A DNA stretch of 60,241 bases, the filler included. It is 7 parts of 7 records of this genome, joined end to end, with 100 filler letters (N's around TTAATTAATTAA, not from the genome) between each part and the next. Parts side by side here need not be neighbours in the genome. Positions count along the whole stretch, not along the records: positions 6,240 to 15,463 come from SRR31156797_13613; positions 15,564 to 26,455 come from SRR31156797_13619; 5 more parts are not named here. One strand, written 5' to 3'. Positions 8,397 to 17,188 of this stretch are shown here, in pieces. The notes below the pieces were generated by a model that saw only the letters and a program-made list of their open reading frames with translations, made no database searches and was not told where the DNA came from. Made by a program: the position numbers and the translations under genes. The stretch's first letter is position 1, and each line of letters starts with the position of its first letter.

Positions 8397-8948
8397 TCAA
8401 TAGCTTAAAAAAGATTTTAAAGCACACTCAAGAGCTTTTGGGATATCTTTGCCTTTTTCATCCATAAAATCTATCTGTACCTTATAAATAGGTTTTTTTG
8501 TATTTGTTAAAATCTGTAAGACCACATATCCGCGAAAAAGTTTACATTTGTCTGATTTTTTCTTTGGATCCTCTTTGTCATTTTCATAGATCTTAAAATC
8601 AATGACAATTCCATCTTGAAAATCACGTTTTGTTTTATTGAGTGTTTCTAAATAAGCATAAAAAAACTGTTCAGTATCTTCTACACTTACATATTGAAAC
8701 AGAGTTGAATCCATATGAACTGCTTTATCAATACCTGATTGGATACGAAAATTTCCTTGTTGTAAAAGTGTTTTTGCATTCTCAATTTCATCTTCTAAAT
8801 AAGCTTTTTCAAAACAAGTGATATTTTTATGGCACTCTAATCTATCGAGTTTTCCTGGTATTCTTTGTTTTTCTACTTGATTATAAATAAGATATACAAG
8901 AAGTGATAGTAGAAAAACTGAACTAAAAATAGTTATAAATTTTTTCAT
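8397..8948 (-). CDS. Hypothetical membrane-anchored protein
   Basis: 183-aa ORF with one N-terminal TM segment. Confidence 0.7.
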   Translation of the reverse strand: MKKFITIFSSVFLLSLLVYLIYNQVEKQRIPGKLDRLECHKNITCFEKAYLEDEIENAKTLLQQGNFRIQSGIDKAVHMDSTLFQYVSVEDTEQFFYAYLETLNKTKRDFQDGIVIDFKIYENDKEDPKKKSDKCKLFRGYVVLQILTNTKKPIYKVQIDFMDEKGKDIPKALECALKSFLSY

Positions 8949-8954
8949 ATAAAC

Positions 8955-9167
8955 TTAAAAATCTTTTGCAGTATTGATTCCTGGTTTCTCTGGAGTACCA
9001 ACATATTCATCTACATCACTATAGTTTGTTTTTAAAGCTACAAAAATAGCTCCAACAATTAAACAAAATACAACAACTTTTATAACTGTTTTTCTTTTTT
9101 CAGGTGATTCATTATTGTTATAATCTTCGATTTGTTCTAAACTTGGTTCATTTGAATTTGTTTGCAT
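8955..9167 (-). CDS. Small single-TM hypothetical protein
   Basis: 70-aa ORF, AAGGA SD, central hydrophobic segment. Confidence 0.75.
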   Translation of the reverse strand: MQTNSNEPSLEQIEDYNNNESPEKRKTVIKVVVFCLIVGAIFVALKTNYSDVDEYVGTPEKPGINTAKDF

Positions 9168-9189
9168 ATTATATCCTTTTAAAATTTAT

Positions 9190-9287
9190 AAAAAAAAAGA
9201 GCCAGAAGAACTATGTCTTCTAGCTCTTCATATCAAATTCAGCCGTTATGCTAACTGAATTTTACGAAAGGAGAGTGTATGAACACA
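9190..9287 (-). ncRNA. Candidate ~95-nt sRNA with an anti-SD-like CUCUCCUUU stretch
   Basis: -10 TATACT (9298-9293); hairpin AAATTCAGTT..AACGGCTGAATTT; terminator GAGCTAGAAGA..TCTTCTGGCTC plus T-run. Confidence 0.5.
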
Positions 9288-9367
9288 ATGAAAGTATATA
9301 CATTTATATTGAATTCAATCTTAAGTTATATTTTTAAGTTATCTTTATTATAATATATTATTAATAC

Positions 9368-11152
9368 TTAGCTTAAATAATTTTTGTAATACCATTTACA
9401 AAACAACCATAAAGCATAGAAGTGTTGTTTAAATCTATTCGCTTTTGCTTCACAATAGATATACTCTACATAGTTTGGATTAAATAGTCCTGTTTCTTTA
9501 TTAACTTTTTGGATATCTTCTATTAGCTTCTCCCTATACTCACTAAAAAGCCATTCATTAAATGGTGAATTAAACCCTTTTTTTGGTCGATTGATGATCT
9601 CTTTAGGGATATATTTACTTGCTATTTTTTTGAGAAGATACTTATTTGTATCTCCTACTTTTAGCTTAGACTCAATTGAAAAAACAGTATCCACTAAACG
9701 ATAGTCTAAAAATGGATTTCTATTTTCAATACTATGAGCCATACACATCTTATCTACTTTACTCAAAAGTGCTTCACCTAGCCAGATCTTTAGATCAATA
9801 TAACTCATCCAGTCCACAGGATCACTTTTTGGAGTTTCACTTTTATAGGTAGCTACTTTTGTTAATAATCTCTTTCTTTGAGTATCCGTATAGATCTCCC
9901 CAAAACTATTATAGATATTTTGCTTTTTTACTACTCTTTTTAAATACTCTGATTCTTTTGTATTAGTCTGTAACGCTCCAATAATACCATCTAAAAACTG
10001 GTATTGATCGCTAGATAATGTTTTTTCAAAATTATAATAGTTTAAAAACTTTTGATAGTTATCATAGCCTAAAAAAAGCTCATCACTCCCCTCTCCACTT
10101 AATACTGTTTTGATCCCTTGTCTTTTGATTTCACTTGTTAGATGAAACAAGGGAATAGCTGCTGGATCTGCATGGGGTTCTTCTAAAGACTCTAACACCT
10201 CATCTAAAGATTCTATATAATCTTTTTGTTCCAATTCTATTGCCGTATGGTCACTTCCAATATCACAAGCAACTAAATTAGCATAGGGAAGCTCACTATA
10301 TTTTTCATGTGTTTTATACCCTATACTAAAGGTATGTATCTTTTTTTGAAAGCTTTTTGCATAGATAGTTGAAACTAAAGAGCTATCAATCCCACCACTT
10401 AAAAGCGTTCCAACTTCCACATCACTTACAAGTCGAAGTTCAATAGATTCTAAAAGTAACTCTTCTATGGTTTTTAAAGCTGTTGCTTCATCTTTTATAC
10501 TTTTATAGGTATTAATTTTATAGTATTTTTTGATTTCTACTTTAGCATCTTTAAAAAAAAGGTAGGATGCTTTATCTAATTTATTAATATCCGTATAAAA
10601 TGTATTTGGAGCAAGAGGCGTAAAATATTGAAGATACTGAGAGAGTGCCACTTTATTTAATTTTGGAGTGTTTCCAAGTATCTTAAGTATAGTCTTGATA
10701 GAGCTTGAAAAGATAAACTTTCTCTCTTTGTAGTAATAATAAAAAGGTTTTTTCCCATATCTATCTCTAGCACAAAAAAACTGATCTAATTTTTTATCAT
10801 AGATACAAAAACTAAAAGCCCCATTTAAAAGCTTTAAAAACTCTTTTCCATATTTTTGATAAAGTCTTATTAAAACCTCAGTATCACTTTTTGTTTTACA
10901 AGAAAGGTTTTCAGATTGAATTAGTTCTTTGTAGTTATAAATTTCTCCATTAAAAACTATAAGAAGATCATCAAACTCCATCGGCTGATTTGCTTCAGAA
11001 TCTAGATCAATAATACTTAATCGTGTATGTCCGAACTGATTCTTTCCCACTTGTTTTATATCACAAAAGTCTGGACCTCTATGATCCATACCTAAAGTGA
11101 TATTCTTAAAATCACCCTGATACTCAAAGTTAGTTCCTACAATTCCACACAT
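9368..11152 (-). CDS. asnB: Asparagine synthase (glutamine-hydrolysing) family amidotransferase
   Basis: N-terminal MCGI, HRGPD, NGEIYN, LSGGIDSS PP-loop, LSGEGSDE, RPKKGF. Confidence 0.92.
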   Translation of the reverse strand: MCGIVGTNFEYQGDFKNITLGMDHRGPDFCDIKQVGKNQFGHTRLSIIDLDSEANQPMEFDDLLIVFNGEIYNYKELIQSENLSCKTKSDTEVLIRLYQKYGKEFLKLLNGAFSFCIYDKKLDQFFCARDRYGKKPFYYYYKERKFIFSSSIKTILKILGNTPKLNKVALSQYLQYFTPLAPNTFYTDINKLDKASYLFFKDAKVEIKKYYKINTYKSIKDEATALKTIEELLLESIELRLVSDVEVGTLLSGGIDSSLVSTIYAKSFQKKIHTFSIGYKTHEKYSELPYANLVACDIGSDHTAIELEQKDYIESLDEVLESLEEPHADPAAIPLFHLTSEIKRQGIKTVLSGEGSDELFLGYDNYQKFLNYYNFEKTLSSDQYQFLDGIIGALQTNTKESEYLKRVVKKQNIYNSFGEIYTDTQRKRLLTKVATYKSETPKSDPVDWMSYIDLKIWLGEALLSKVDKMCMAHSIENRNPFLDYRLVDTVFSIESKLKVGDTNKYLLKKIASKYIPKEIINRPKKGFNSPFNEWLFSEYREKLIEDIQKVNKETGLFNPNYVEYIYCEAKANRFKQHFYALWLFCKWYYKNYLS

Positions 11153-11155
11153 CTA

Positions 11156-12169
11156 TTATTCTATCACATCCACAATATTTTTTACAGCATCTTTATGAAT
11201 AGTATTAATAAGTTCCTTACTTATAGGCTCCATATCTTTTTCTAATGTCTCAAAAAAATAGTTCTCATCAAGTTCATTTTCCCTCTGTAAAAAACAAAGT
11301 TTTTTTTCTAAAAGATATTTTGCGTTATGATACTGATGGTCTGCTGCTGCGTATGGATAAGGGATAAAAAAGCTTGGTATCCCACATGCTACAAGCTCCC
11401 AAAGGGTACTTGCTCCTGCACGACTTACTGCAAAATCAGCTTGTTTCATCTTTTCTAAAAGCTCTTTTGAAAAACCAAATACATCTACTTCAAGTCCAAG
11501 TTTTTTATATTCTCCTGATACTCTTTCATAATCATTTTTTCCAGCTTGATGGATAATAGCGATCCCCATCTCTTTTAATTTTGGTGCCACTTTTAAAGCA
11601 AAATCATTAATCGCTTTTGCTCCTTGAGAACCCCCTAAAAATATCACTGTTTGAATACTTTTTCGAACTCTTTGATACTCAAAAAACTTTTCATTGATAG
11701 GATAATCTTTTACTTTCGAAGTTTCAAGATATGAGCTAAAAACTTCTTTTGCAAATTTTGAAGTGATGGAGTTGAGTTTTCCCATTACTGAGTTTTGTTC
11801 ATGGATGTAAAAATCTATTCTTGCAAGAATAGCAGCAAAACTAGCAGGTGCTGCACTAAATCCACCCACACTTATTATTTTTTTGACTTTGTTTTTTTTG
11901 ATAATACCAATAGATTTTAACACTGCTTTAAAGATCATAAATAAAGAAAACAACTTACCAAAAGCCTTTTGATTTACCACTCCTTTCGTTTCTAAAAAAA
12001 ATTTTTGAGATATTTTTGAATCTTTTTCAAACCACTCTCTATCTTGACCTTTTAAAGAACCAATATAAATAATCTCATAGCCTCTTTGATACAGCTCTTC
12101 TATAAAAGCTTTCGCAACACTTAAGTGTCCTCCTGTTCCACCACCTGTTACGATTATTGTTTCTTTCAA
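11156..12169 (-). CDS. murG: Lipid I N-acetylglucosaminyltransferase MurG
   Basis: TGGGTGGH, HEQN, GGSQGA, SRAGAST, HQYHNA motifs; TTG start. Confidence 0.95.
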   Translation of the reverse strand: MKETIIVTGGGTGGHLSVAKAFIEELYQRGYEIIYIGSLKGQDREWFEKDSKISQKFFLETKGVVNQKAFGKLFSLFMIFKAVLKSIGIIKKNKVKKIISVGGFSAAPASFAAILARIDFYIHEQNSVMGKLNSITSKFAKEVFSSYLETSKVKDYPINEKFFEYQRVRKSIQTVIFLGGSQGAKAINDFALKVAPKLKEMGIAIIHQAGKNDYERVSGEYKKLGLEVDVFGFSKELLEKMKQADFAVSRAGASTLWELVACGIPSFFIPYPYAAADHQYHNAKYLLEKKLCFLQRENELDENYFFETLEKDMEPISKELINTIHKDAVKNIVDVIE

Positions 12170-12257
12170 GGAAGCTCCTTTTTTATTTTATTAAACTTTT
12201 GTAAATATTGTACAAAAAACATCTAGATAATAAGTTTAATTTTTATATAATCTTACC

Positions 12258-13190
12258 ATGAAAACAATATTAAGCTTAGATAGCAGTGAAATTAGTAATA
12301 AAGTCCTTCAAAGAGATATTGAAGAGTATGGTGTGATACATAATAAAAACTTCACATTTATTGCCACTTCAAGACCTACTCAAACTTTTTTTTGTCTTGG
12401 GAAACAAGAGATAGATATATTACTTATCGATATCTCTTCGCAAAACTATGATGGTCTTGCTATTTTAAAAGAGATCAAAGAGCTCGATATAAGACAGCCT
12501 AAAGTGATTGCCGTAACTGTATTGGAAGATCACTATTTTAGATATGAAGCTTTAAAACAAAAAGTTTTTCGATATATCTATAAACCGTATGATAATAAAG
12601 AGGTTCATGAGGCATTAGATAAATTCTTCGATGTAAACTATTATGCAAAAAAAGTGAATCGTGAAGATCATTTTATCAATATTGGAGATATTGAAAATCC
12701 AGATGAGATGCAAAACTCTTCTTTAGAAGAGGATGAAACTATTGTAAGACACTTTTTTGAAAAACATAAGCAAATTAGTGCCAAACAATTTTTAAAAAAA
12801 TATGATGGCTGGGGTTTAAATACTGATGAATTAGATGAGCTAGAATTTGCACTAGAGCGAGTTTTATTAAATATACTTCATAACAATGACTTTCAAGCAG
12901 CTCTTCCAGATATTGTTACTATGCTTGAAAGCTATAATAGTTTCCTATACACCTTTGAGGAGTTTGATGAACTCAGTAAAGTAGTATACGCTATTATGAT
13001 CCTCTTACGTGATCTTGACTTTGATGAAGTAAGTAATCATATCATGGTAGCACGACTTATAGTGACAACACTTCAAGATCTTGTGGACTGGAAAGAGGGA
13101 GTCTTTACAGATCAAAGCATTGATGATGTATATTATATCAACGATGTTATTTTAAATAGCTACGTTCAAATCCAAGATCTTGTAAGTTAA
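12258..13190 (+). CDS. Response regulator (receiver plus unknown acidic helical output domain)
   Basis: DILLIDI...DGL, IAVT, YIYKP receiver pattern. Confidence 0.75.
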   Translation: MKTILSLDSSEISNKVLQRDIEEYGVIHNKNFTFIATSRPTQTFFCLGKQEIDILLIDISSQNYDGLAILKEIKELDIRQPKVIAVTVLEDHYFRYEALKQKVFRYIYKPYDNKEVHEALDKFFDVNYYAKKVNREDHFINIGDIENPDEMQNSSLEEDETIVRHFFEKHKQISAKQFLKKYDGWGLNTDELDELEFALERVLLNILHNNDFQAALPDIVTMLESYNSFLYTFEEFDELSKVVYAIMILLRDLDFDEVSNHIMVARLIVTTLQDLVDWKEGVFTDQSIDDVYYINDVILNSYVQIQDLVS

Positions 13191-13195
13191 ATAGT

Positions 13196-14788
13196 TTAAT
13201 CTTGAAACTTATTTCTAATCTCTATAAACTGATCAAGGTTATCAAAAAACAGATCAATTAGTTGTGGATCAAACTGTTTCCCACGTTCTTGTTTAAAAAG
13301 CTCTAAGATCTTCTCTAACTCCCATGCCTGTTTATAACATCTATCAGATCCTAAGGCATCAAATACATCTGCAATTGCAGTAATCCTTCCATAGATATGT
13401 ATCTCTTTTTCTTTTAGGCCTTGAGGATACCCTTTCCCATCCCATCTTTCATGATGCTCATAAGCAACAGTAGCGGCTGTTCTTAAAATAGGACGAGATG
13501 AATATTTTAACATCTCATATCCGATCTCTGAGTGACCTTTCATCACTTCCCATTCAGTATCATCTAGTTTTCCAGGTTTTTTTAAGACACTATCAGGAAT
13601 TCCAACTTTTCCTATATCATGCATAGGACTAGCTAGCTTTAGCATCTCTGCTTCTTTCTCATCTATTCCATACAAAATTGCTAAAAGTTTTGAGTATTCT
13701 GCTACTCTTTTGACATGATTTCCAGTCTCTTTACTTCTAGTCTCACCAATCTCACCCATTTTGTAAATGATCTCTTTTTGTGTATCTTCTAGTTCTTGGT
13801 GAAGATTGATAATCTCACTAATATCATGCATCAGATGAAGATGTTCAACTACCTCATCTTGAACATTTAAGATTGGATAGACTACAGTATCTAAGAAAAA
13901 AAGTGTCCCATCTTTTGCAATATTTGTAAAGACAATTGAAACTATTTCATGCTCTAACATCTTTTGAGTGATCATATCACAATCTTCCATCTTAAGATGA
14001 TTTTCATGTCGAAACTCTTTACAGTCTTTCCCTATCAACTCATCATGTGTATAGCCACTTAGTTTACAAAACTGTTCATTTACATAAATGATATGATTAG
14101 TACTATCTGTTTTTAAAACTGCCGTAGAGTTATTGATAGCCTCTTCATACTGCTTTGTATAATGAATATTCTCTTCTAAAGATTTTGTTTTATCTTCTAA
14201 CTGCTCTTTTAAAATATTTTTTAACGTTTCAAGCTCTGTAATATCATGACGAATAGCTATATACTCTTGTATATTCCCATCTACATCCAAAATCGGTAAT
14301 ATGGTAGCATCAACTGTATAATTAGTCCCATCTTTTGCTCTATTGGTGATAACTCCATGCCAGATCTGTTTCTTTTGGATCGTATCCCACATCTGTTTAA
14401 ATGCCTCTTTTGGCATACTTGGTTCTCTTACTTTACTATGGGCTTTGCCTAAAAGCTCCTCTTTTGTATATCCTGAGAGTTTCTCAAATGCTTCATTCAC
14501 ATAGGTGATTTTTCCTGTAGAATCTGTTTTCGATACTAGTGTAGTTTTATCTATGGCATAATTAAGCTGTTGAATCGTTTTTGTTTTATTCTTCCCTTGT
14601 TTGTAAAAATATAATATTACACTAAATAATAAAAGTGCAAACATATATTTTACAAGTTGTAATATAATAAGTTGTTGTGTAGTAAGATCAATTTTAATAA
14701 AAAACTCACCATACATTGCTAATGACACAATTATAACACTTATTATAAATACTAAATTCTCTATTTTTACTATTTTCATTCTATTCAT
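13196..14788 (-). CDS. Membrane PAS-PAS HD-GYP phosphodiesterase
   Basis: Two TM segments, two PAS domains, ETGNHVKRV, MHDIGK, HHERWDGKGYP. Confidence 0.92.
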   Translation of the reverse strand: MNRMKIVKIENLVFIISVIIVSLAMYGEFFIKIDLTTQQLIILQLVKYMFALLLFSVILYFYKQGKNKTKTIQQLNYAIDKTTLVSKTDSTGKITYVNEAFEKLSGYTKEELLGKAHSKVREPSMPKEAFKQMWDTIQKKQIWHGVITNRAKDGTNYTVDATILPILDVDGNIQEYIAIRHDITELETLKNILKEQLEDKTKSLEENIHYTKQYEEAINNSTAVLKTDSTNHIIYVNEQFCKLSGYTHDELIGKDCKEFRHENHLKMEDCDMITQKMLEHEIVSIVFTNIAKDGTLFFLDTVVYPILNVQDEVVEHLHLMHDISEIINLHQELEDTQKEIIYKMGEIGETRSKETGNHVKRVAEYSKLLAILYGIDEKEAEMLKLASPMHDIGKVGIPDSVLKKPGKLDDTEWEVMKGHSEIGYEMLKYSSRPILRTAATVAYEHHERWDGKGYPQGLKEKEIHIYGRITAIADVFDALGSDRCYKQAWELEKILELFKQERGKQFDPQLIDLFFDNLDQFIEIRNKFQD

Positions 14789-15461
14789 TATTTTTAAAAA
14801 CTATTTTAAAACATGCTCCAGTATATTTTTTATTCTTATATTCAAACTCTTCATTATATGCCAATACCATTCCCTCATGTCTTTGACGTATAATCTTTTC
14901 AACCATTGAGAGGCCTAAACCAGTTCCAATTGATTGATGTTTTGTTGTAAAATAAGGTTCAAAAATATTCTCTATAATATTTTCAGGGATCCCTCCACCA
15001 CTATCTTTTACAATAATTTCAATAATATTATCCACAGCTTTAGCATTTATAAAAATAAGTCTATCTGAGTACTCTGGAACATTTTCAGTCAAAATATCTT
15101 TTGAATTATTTATAATGTTTATAAACACCTCACACAATTCATTCATACTTCCTATTATGTAAAGATCTTTTTCTATATCTGTCACAAATTCTATATAGTT
15201 ATTCTTTATTGTTGATTCAATAAGATTAAAAGTATTTGAAAATACTTGATCGATTGCAATCTTTGAATATCCTTTTTCTTTTTTTAAAAAGTTCCTAAAG
15301 CTATCTATTACTTTTGAGAGATATTGGGATTGTTCCACTACACTATCTGAGCACTGTATCATCTCCTCTTTTGATATCTCTCCTCCAAAATCTAACTTCA
15401 TTTTTAATCCACTTGCATTTGTAGTGATAATACTTAAAGGCTGTCTCCACTGATGAGCAAT
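14781..15461 (-). CDS. Sensor histidine kinase, C-terminal part (5'-truncated)
   Basis: Frame extends upstream to H-box IAHQWRQPL; NIINNSKD, DSGGGI, FEPYFTTK, GTGLGL. Confidence 0.92.
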   Translation of the reverse strand: MAHQWRQPLSIITTNASGLKMKLDFGGEISKEEMIQCSDSVVEQSQYLSKVIDSFRNFLKKEKGYSKIAIDQVFSNTFNLIESTIKNNYIEFVTDIEKDLYIIGSMNELCEVFINIINNSKDILTENVPEYSDRLIFINAKAVDNIIEIIVKDSGGGIPENIIENIFEPYFTTKHQSIGTGLGLSMVEKIIRQRHEGMVLAYNEEFEYKNKKYTGACFKIVFKNNE

Positions 15462-15563
15462 ATNNNNNNNNNNNNNNNNNNNNNNNNNNNNNNNNNNNNN
15501 NNNNNNNTTAATTAATTAANNNNNNNNNNNNNNNNNNNNNNNNNNNNNNNNNNNNNNNNNNNN

Positions 15564-15809
15564 GGGATGAACCTGATTATTAAAGCCATTGAAAAAGCAG
15601 GGCTTAACCGGGTGTTGATTCGCGATGTGCTCACCGATTTAAAAACTTTTCAAAATTATCAGGGGATTACCGGAGAGATTGTTTTTGATTCTTCCTGGAA
15701 CGATGTTGGGGAAATTTTTATGGCAGAAGTAAAAAATGGCAAGTTCGATTTTTTCCCTGCAACTCAAATGTCTGAACGTGGCCATTCTTCAAAAATGGTA
15801 GGATACTAA
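15564..15809 (+). CDS. Type I periplasmic (LIV/ANF-like) binding protein, C-terminal fragment
   Basis: GMNLIIKAI...YQGITGEIVFD pattern, paralogous to the next gene's C-terminus. Confidence 0.7.
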   Translation, partial: GMNLIIKAIEKAGLNRVLIRDVLTDLKTFQNYQGITGEIVFDSSWNDVGEIFMAEVKNGKFDFFPATQMSERGHSSKMVGY

Positions 15810-15865
15810 ATCTCTTCGTGAAGAGTTATTACCTTTTAGTTCAATATATAAACCGTTAATGTTCC

Positions 15866-16990
15866 ATGAAATTACTGGATTCAATATATGTGTTTTTTAC
15901 AGTAATTGTTTTAGGAACTTTTAGTTGTGTTTCTGTATTGGCAGAAGAGGTTCAACCCAAAACAGAGCAGGTTATTAAAATTGGATTACTTGTTCCTGAG
16001 AATAATTCAAAAGAGGCCAGATTTGCAGCTCAGATAGCAATAGATGAAGCTAATAAGAAAATTGTTTCGGCGAGTTATTCATTTCAATTACTAACACGAT
16101 CAATGGAAGGGCCGTGGGGAACGGGTTCAAAACAAGCTGTCGATTTAATTTTTAACGAAAAAGTTTGGGCTTTGCTTGGCAGCCACGATGGAAGAAATGC
16201 TCATTTGGTTGAACAGGTAGCTGCTAAAACTCAGGTTCCTTTTGTTTCTGCATGGTCGGGAGATCCTACGCTTTCGCAGGCTTTTGTTCCCTGGTATTTT
16301 AGTTGTGTCCCGAATAATAATCAGCAAACAAAACTTTTGATAAACGAAATTTATCGTGTACGGGAAATGAGGAATATAATTACCATTTCCGACGGAGAGT
16401 ACGATGCAGAAATGGCATTAAAAAGTTTTCTAAATAAATTAGATGAAGAAAGCCTGGAGCATCCAAAGCAACTTTTGTATAAAAAACAGGATTTCGATGT
16501 AGTGCAGCTGGTCGACGAAATTAGAAATAATGCTGGTGATGGTATTGTTTTATTTGGCAATTCGATTGCCTCGGTAAAAATAATTGAAGCGTTAAAAAGG
16601 GCAAATTTAAAACAGCCGGTTTTTGGAATATTATCGGTTATTGATGAAAACCAGAAAGAGCCATTTCATTGGTCAGATTATGAGGGGGTTGTAGTTGTAA
16701 ATCCGGGAAATTGGTTAAATCAAAAAGGAGACCCTTTTAGCATCATATTTGAAAACAAACATGGATGGAAACCGGGAGCTGTTGGCGCTTACGCTTTCGA
16801 TGGAATGAATGTAATTTTAGAAGCTGTTATCAATTCAGGATTTAACCTAAAAAAAATAAAACAAACCCTTGCCGACACAAAATTTAATGGAGTTACCGGC
16901 TTTATTTCTTTTGATAAATTTGGAAACAGAATGGGGGCAAATGGATTAGTTATAATAAAAGATGGTACTCCTCAAACTATTAAAAATTAA
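15866..16990 (+). CDS. Type I periplasmic (branched-chain amino acid/ANF receptor-like) binding protein
   Basis: Signal peptide; IKIGLLVP, AQIAIDEAN, ALLGS, AYAFDG, FNGVTGFISFD. Confidence 0.82.
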   Translation: MKLLDSIYVFFTVIVLGTFSCVSVLAEEVQPKTEQVIKIGLLVPENNSKEARFAAQIAIDEANKKIVSASYSFQLLTRSMEGPWGTGSKQAVDLIFNEKVWALLGSHDGRNAHLVEQVAAKTQVPFVSAWSGDPTLSQAFVPWYFSCVPNNNQQTKLLINEIYRVREMRNIITISDGEYDAEMALKSFLNKLDEESLEHPKQLLYKKQDFDVVQLVDEIRNNAGDGIVLFGNSIASVKIIEALKRANLKQPVFGILSVIDENQKEPFHWSDYEGVVVVNPGNWLNQKGDPFSIIFENKHGWKPGAVGAYAFDGMNVILEAVINSGFNLKKIKQTLADTKFNGVTGFISFDKFGNRMGANGLVIIKDGTPQTIKN

Positions 16991-17188
16991 TCGTGGCGGT
17001 ATTCATTAATTATTTTATTTTTGGTTCTGTAAAAACGAACATGTGAAGGAATTTGTCGTAAAATGAATTTGCATTTATTTTCAAATAGAAAAGGTCATTA
17101 TTAATTTAAAATTTCCTGCATTGCAGGTGCCTTACTTGTTTTTTTCTGCTGTAGAAAAGTAAAGGTTAATAAAACCAAAGATTTTAGA

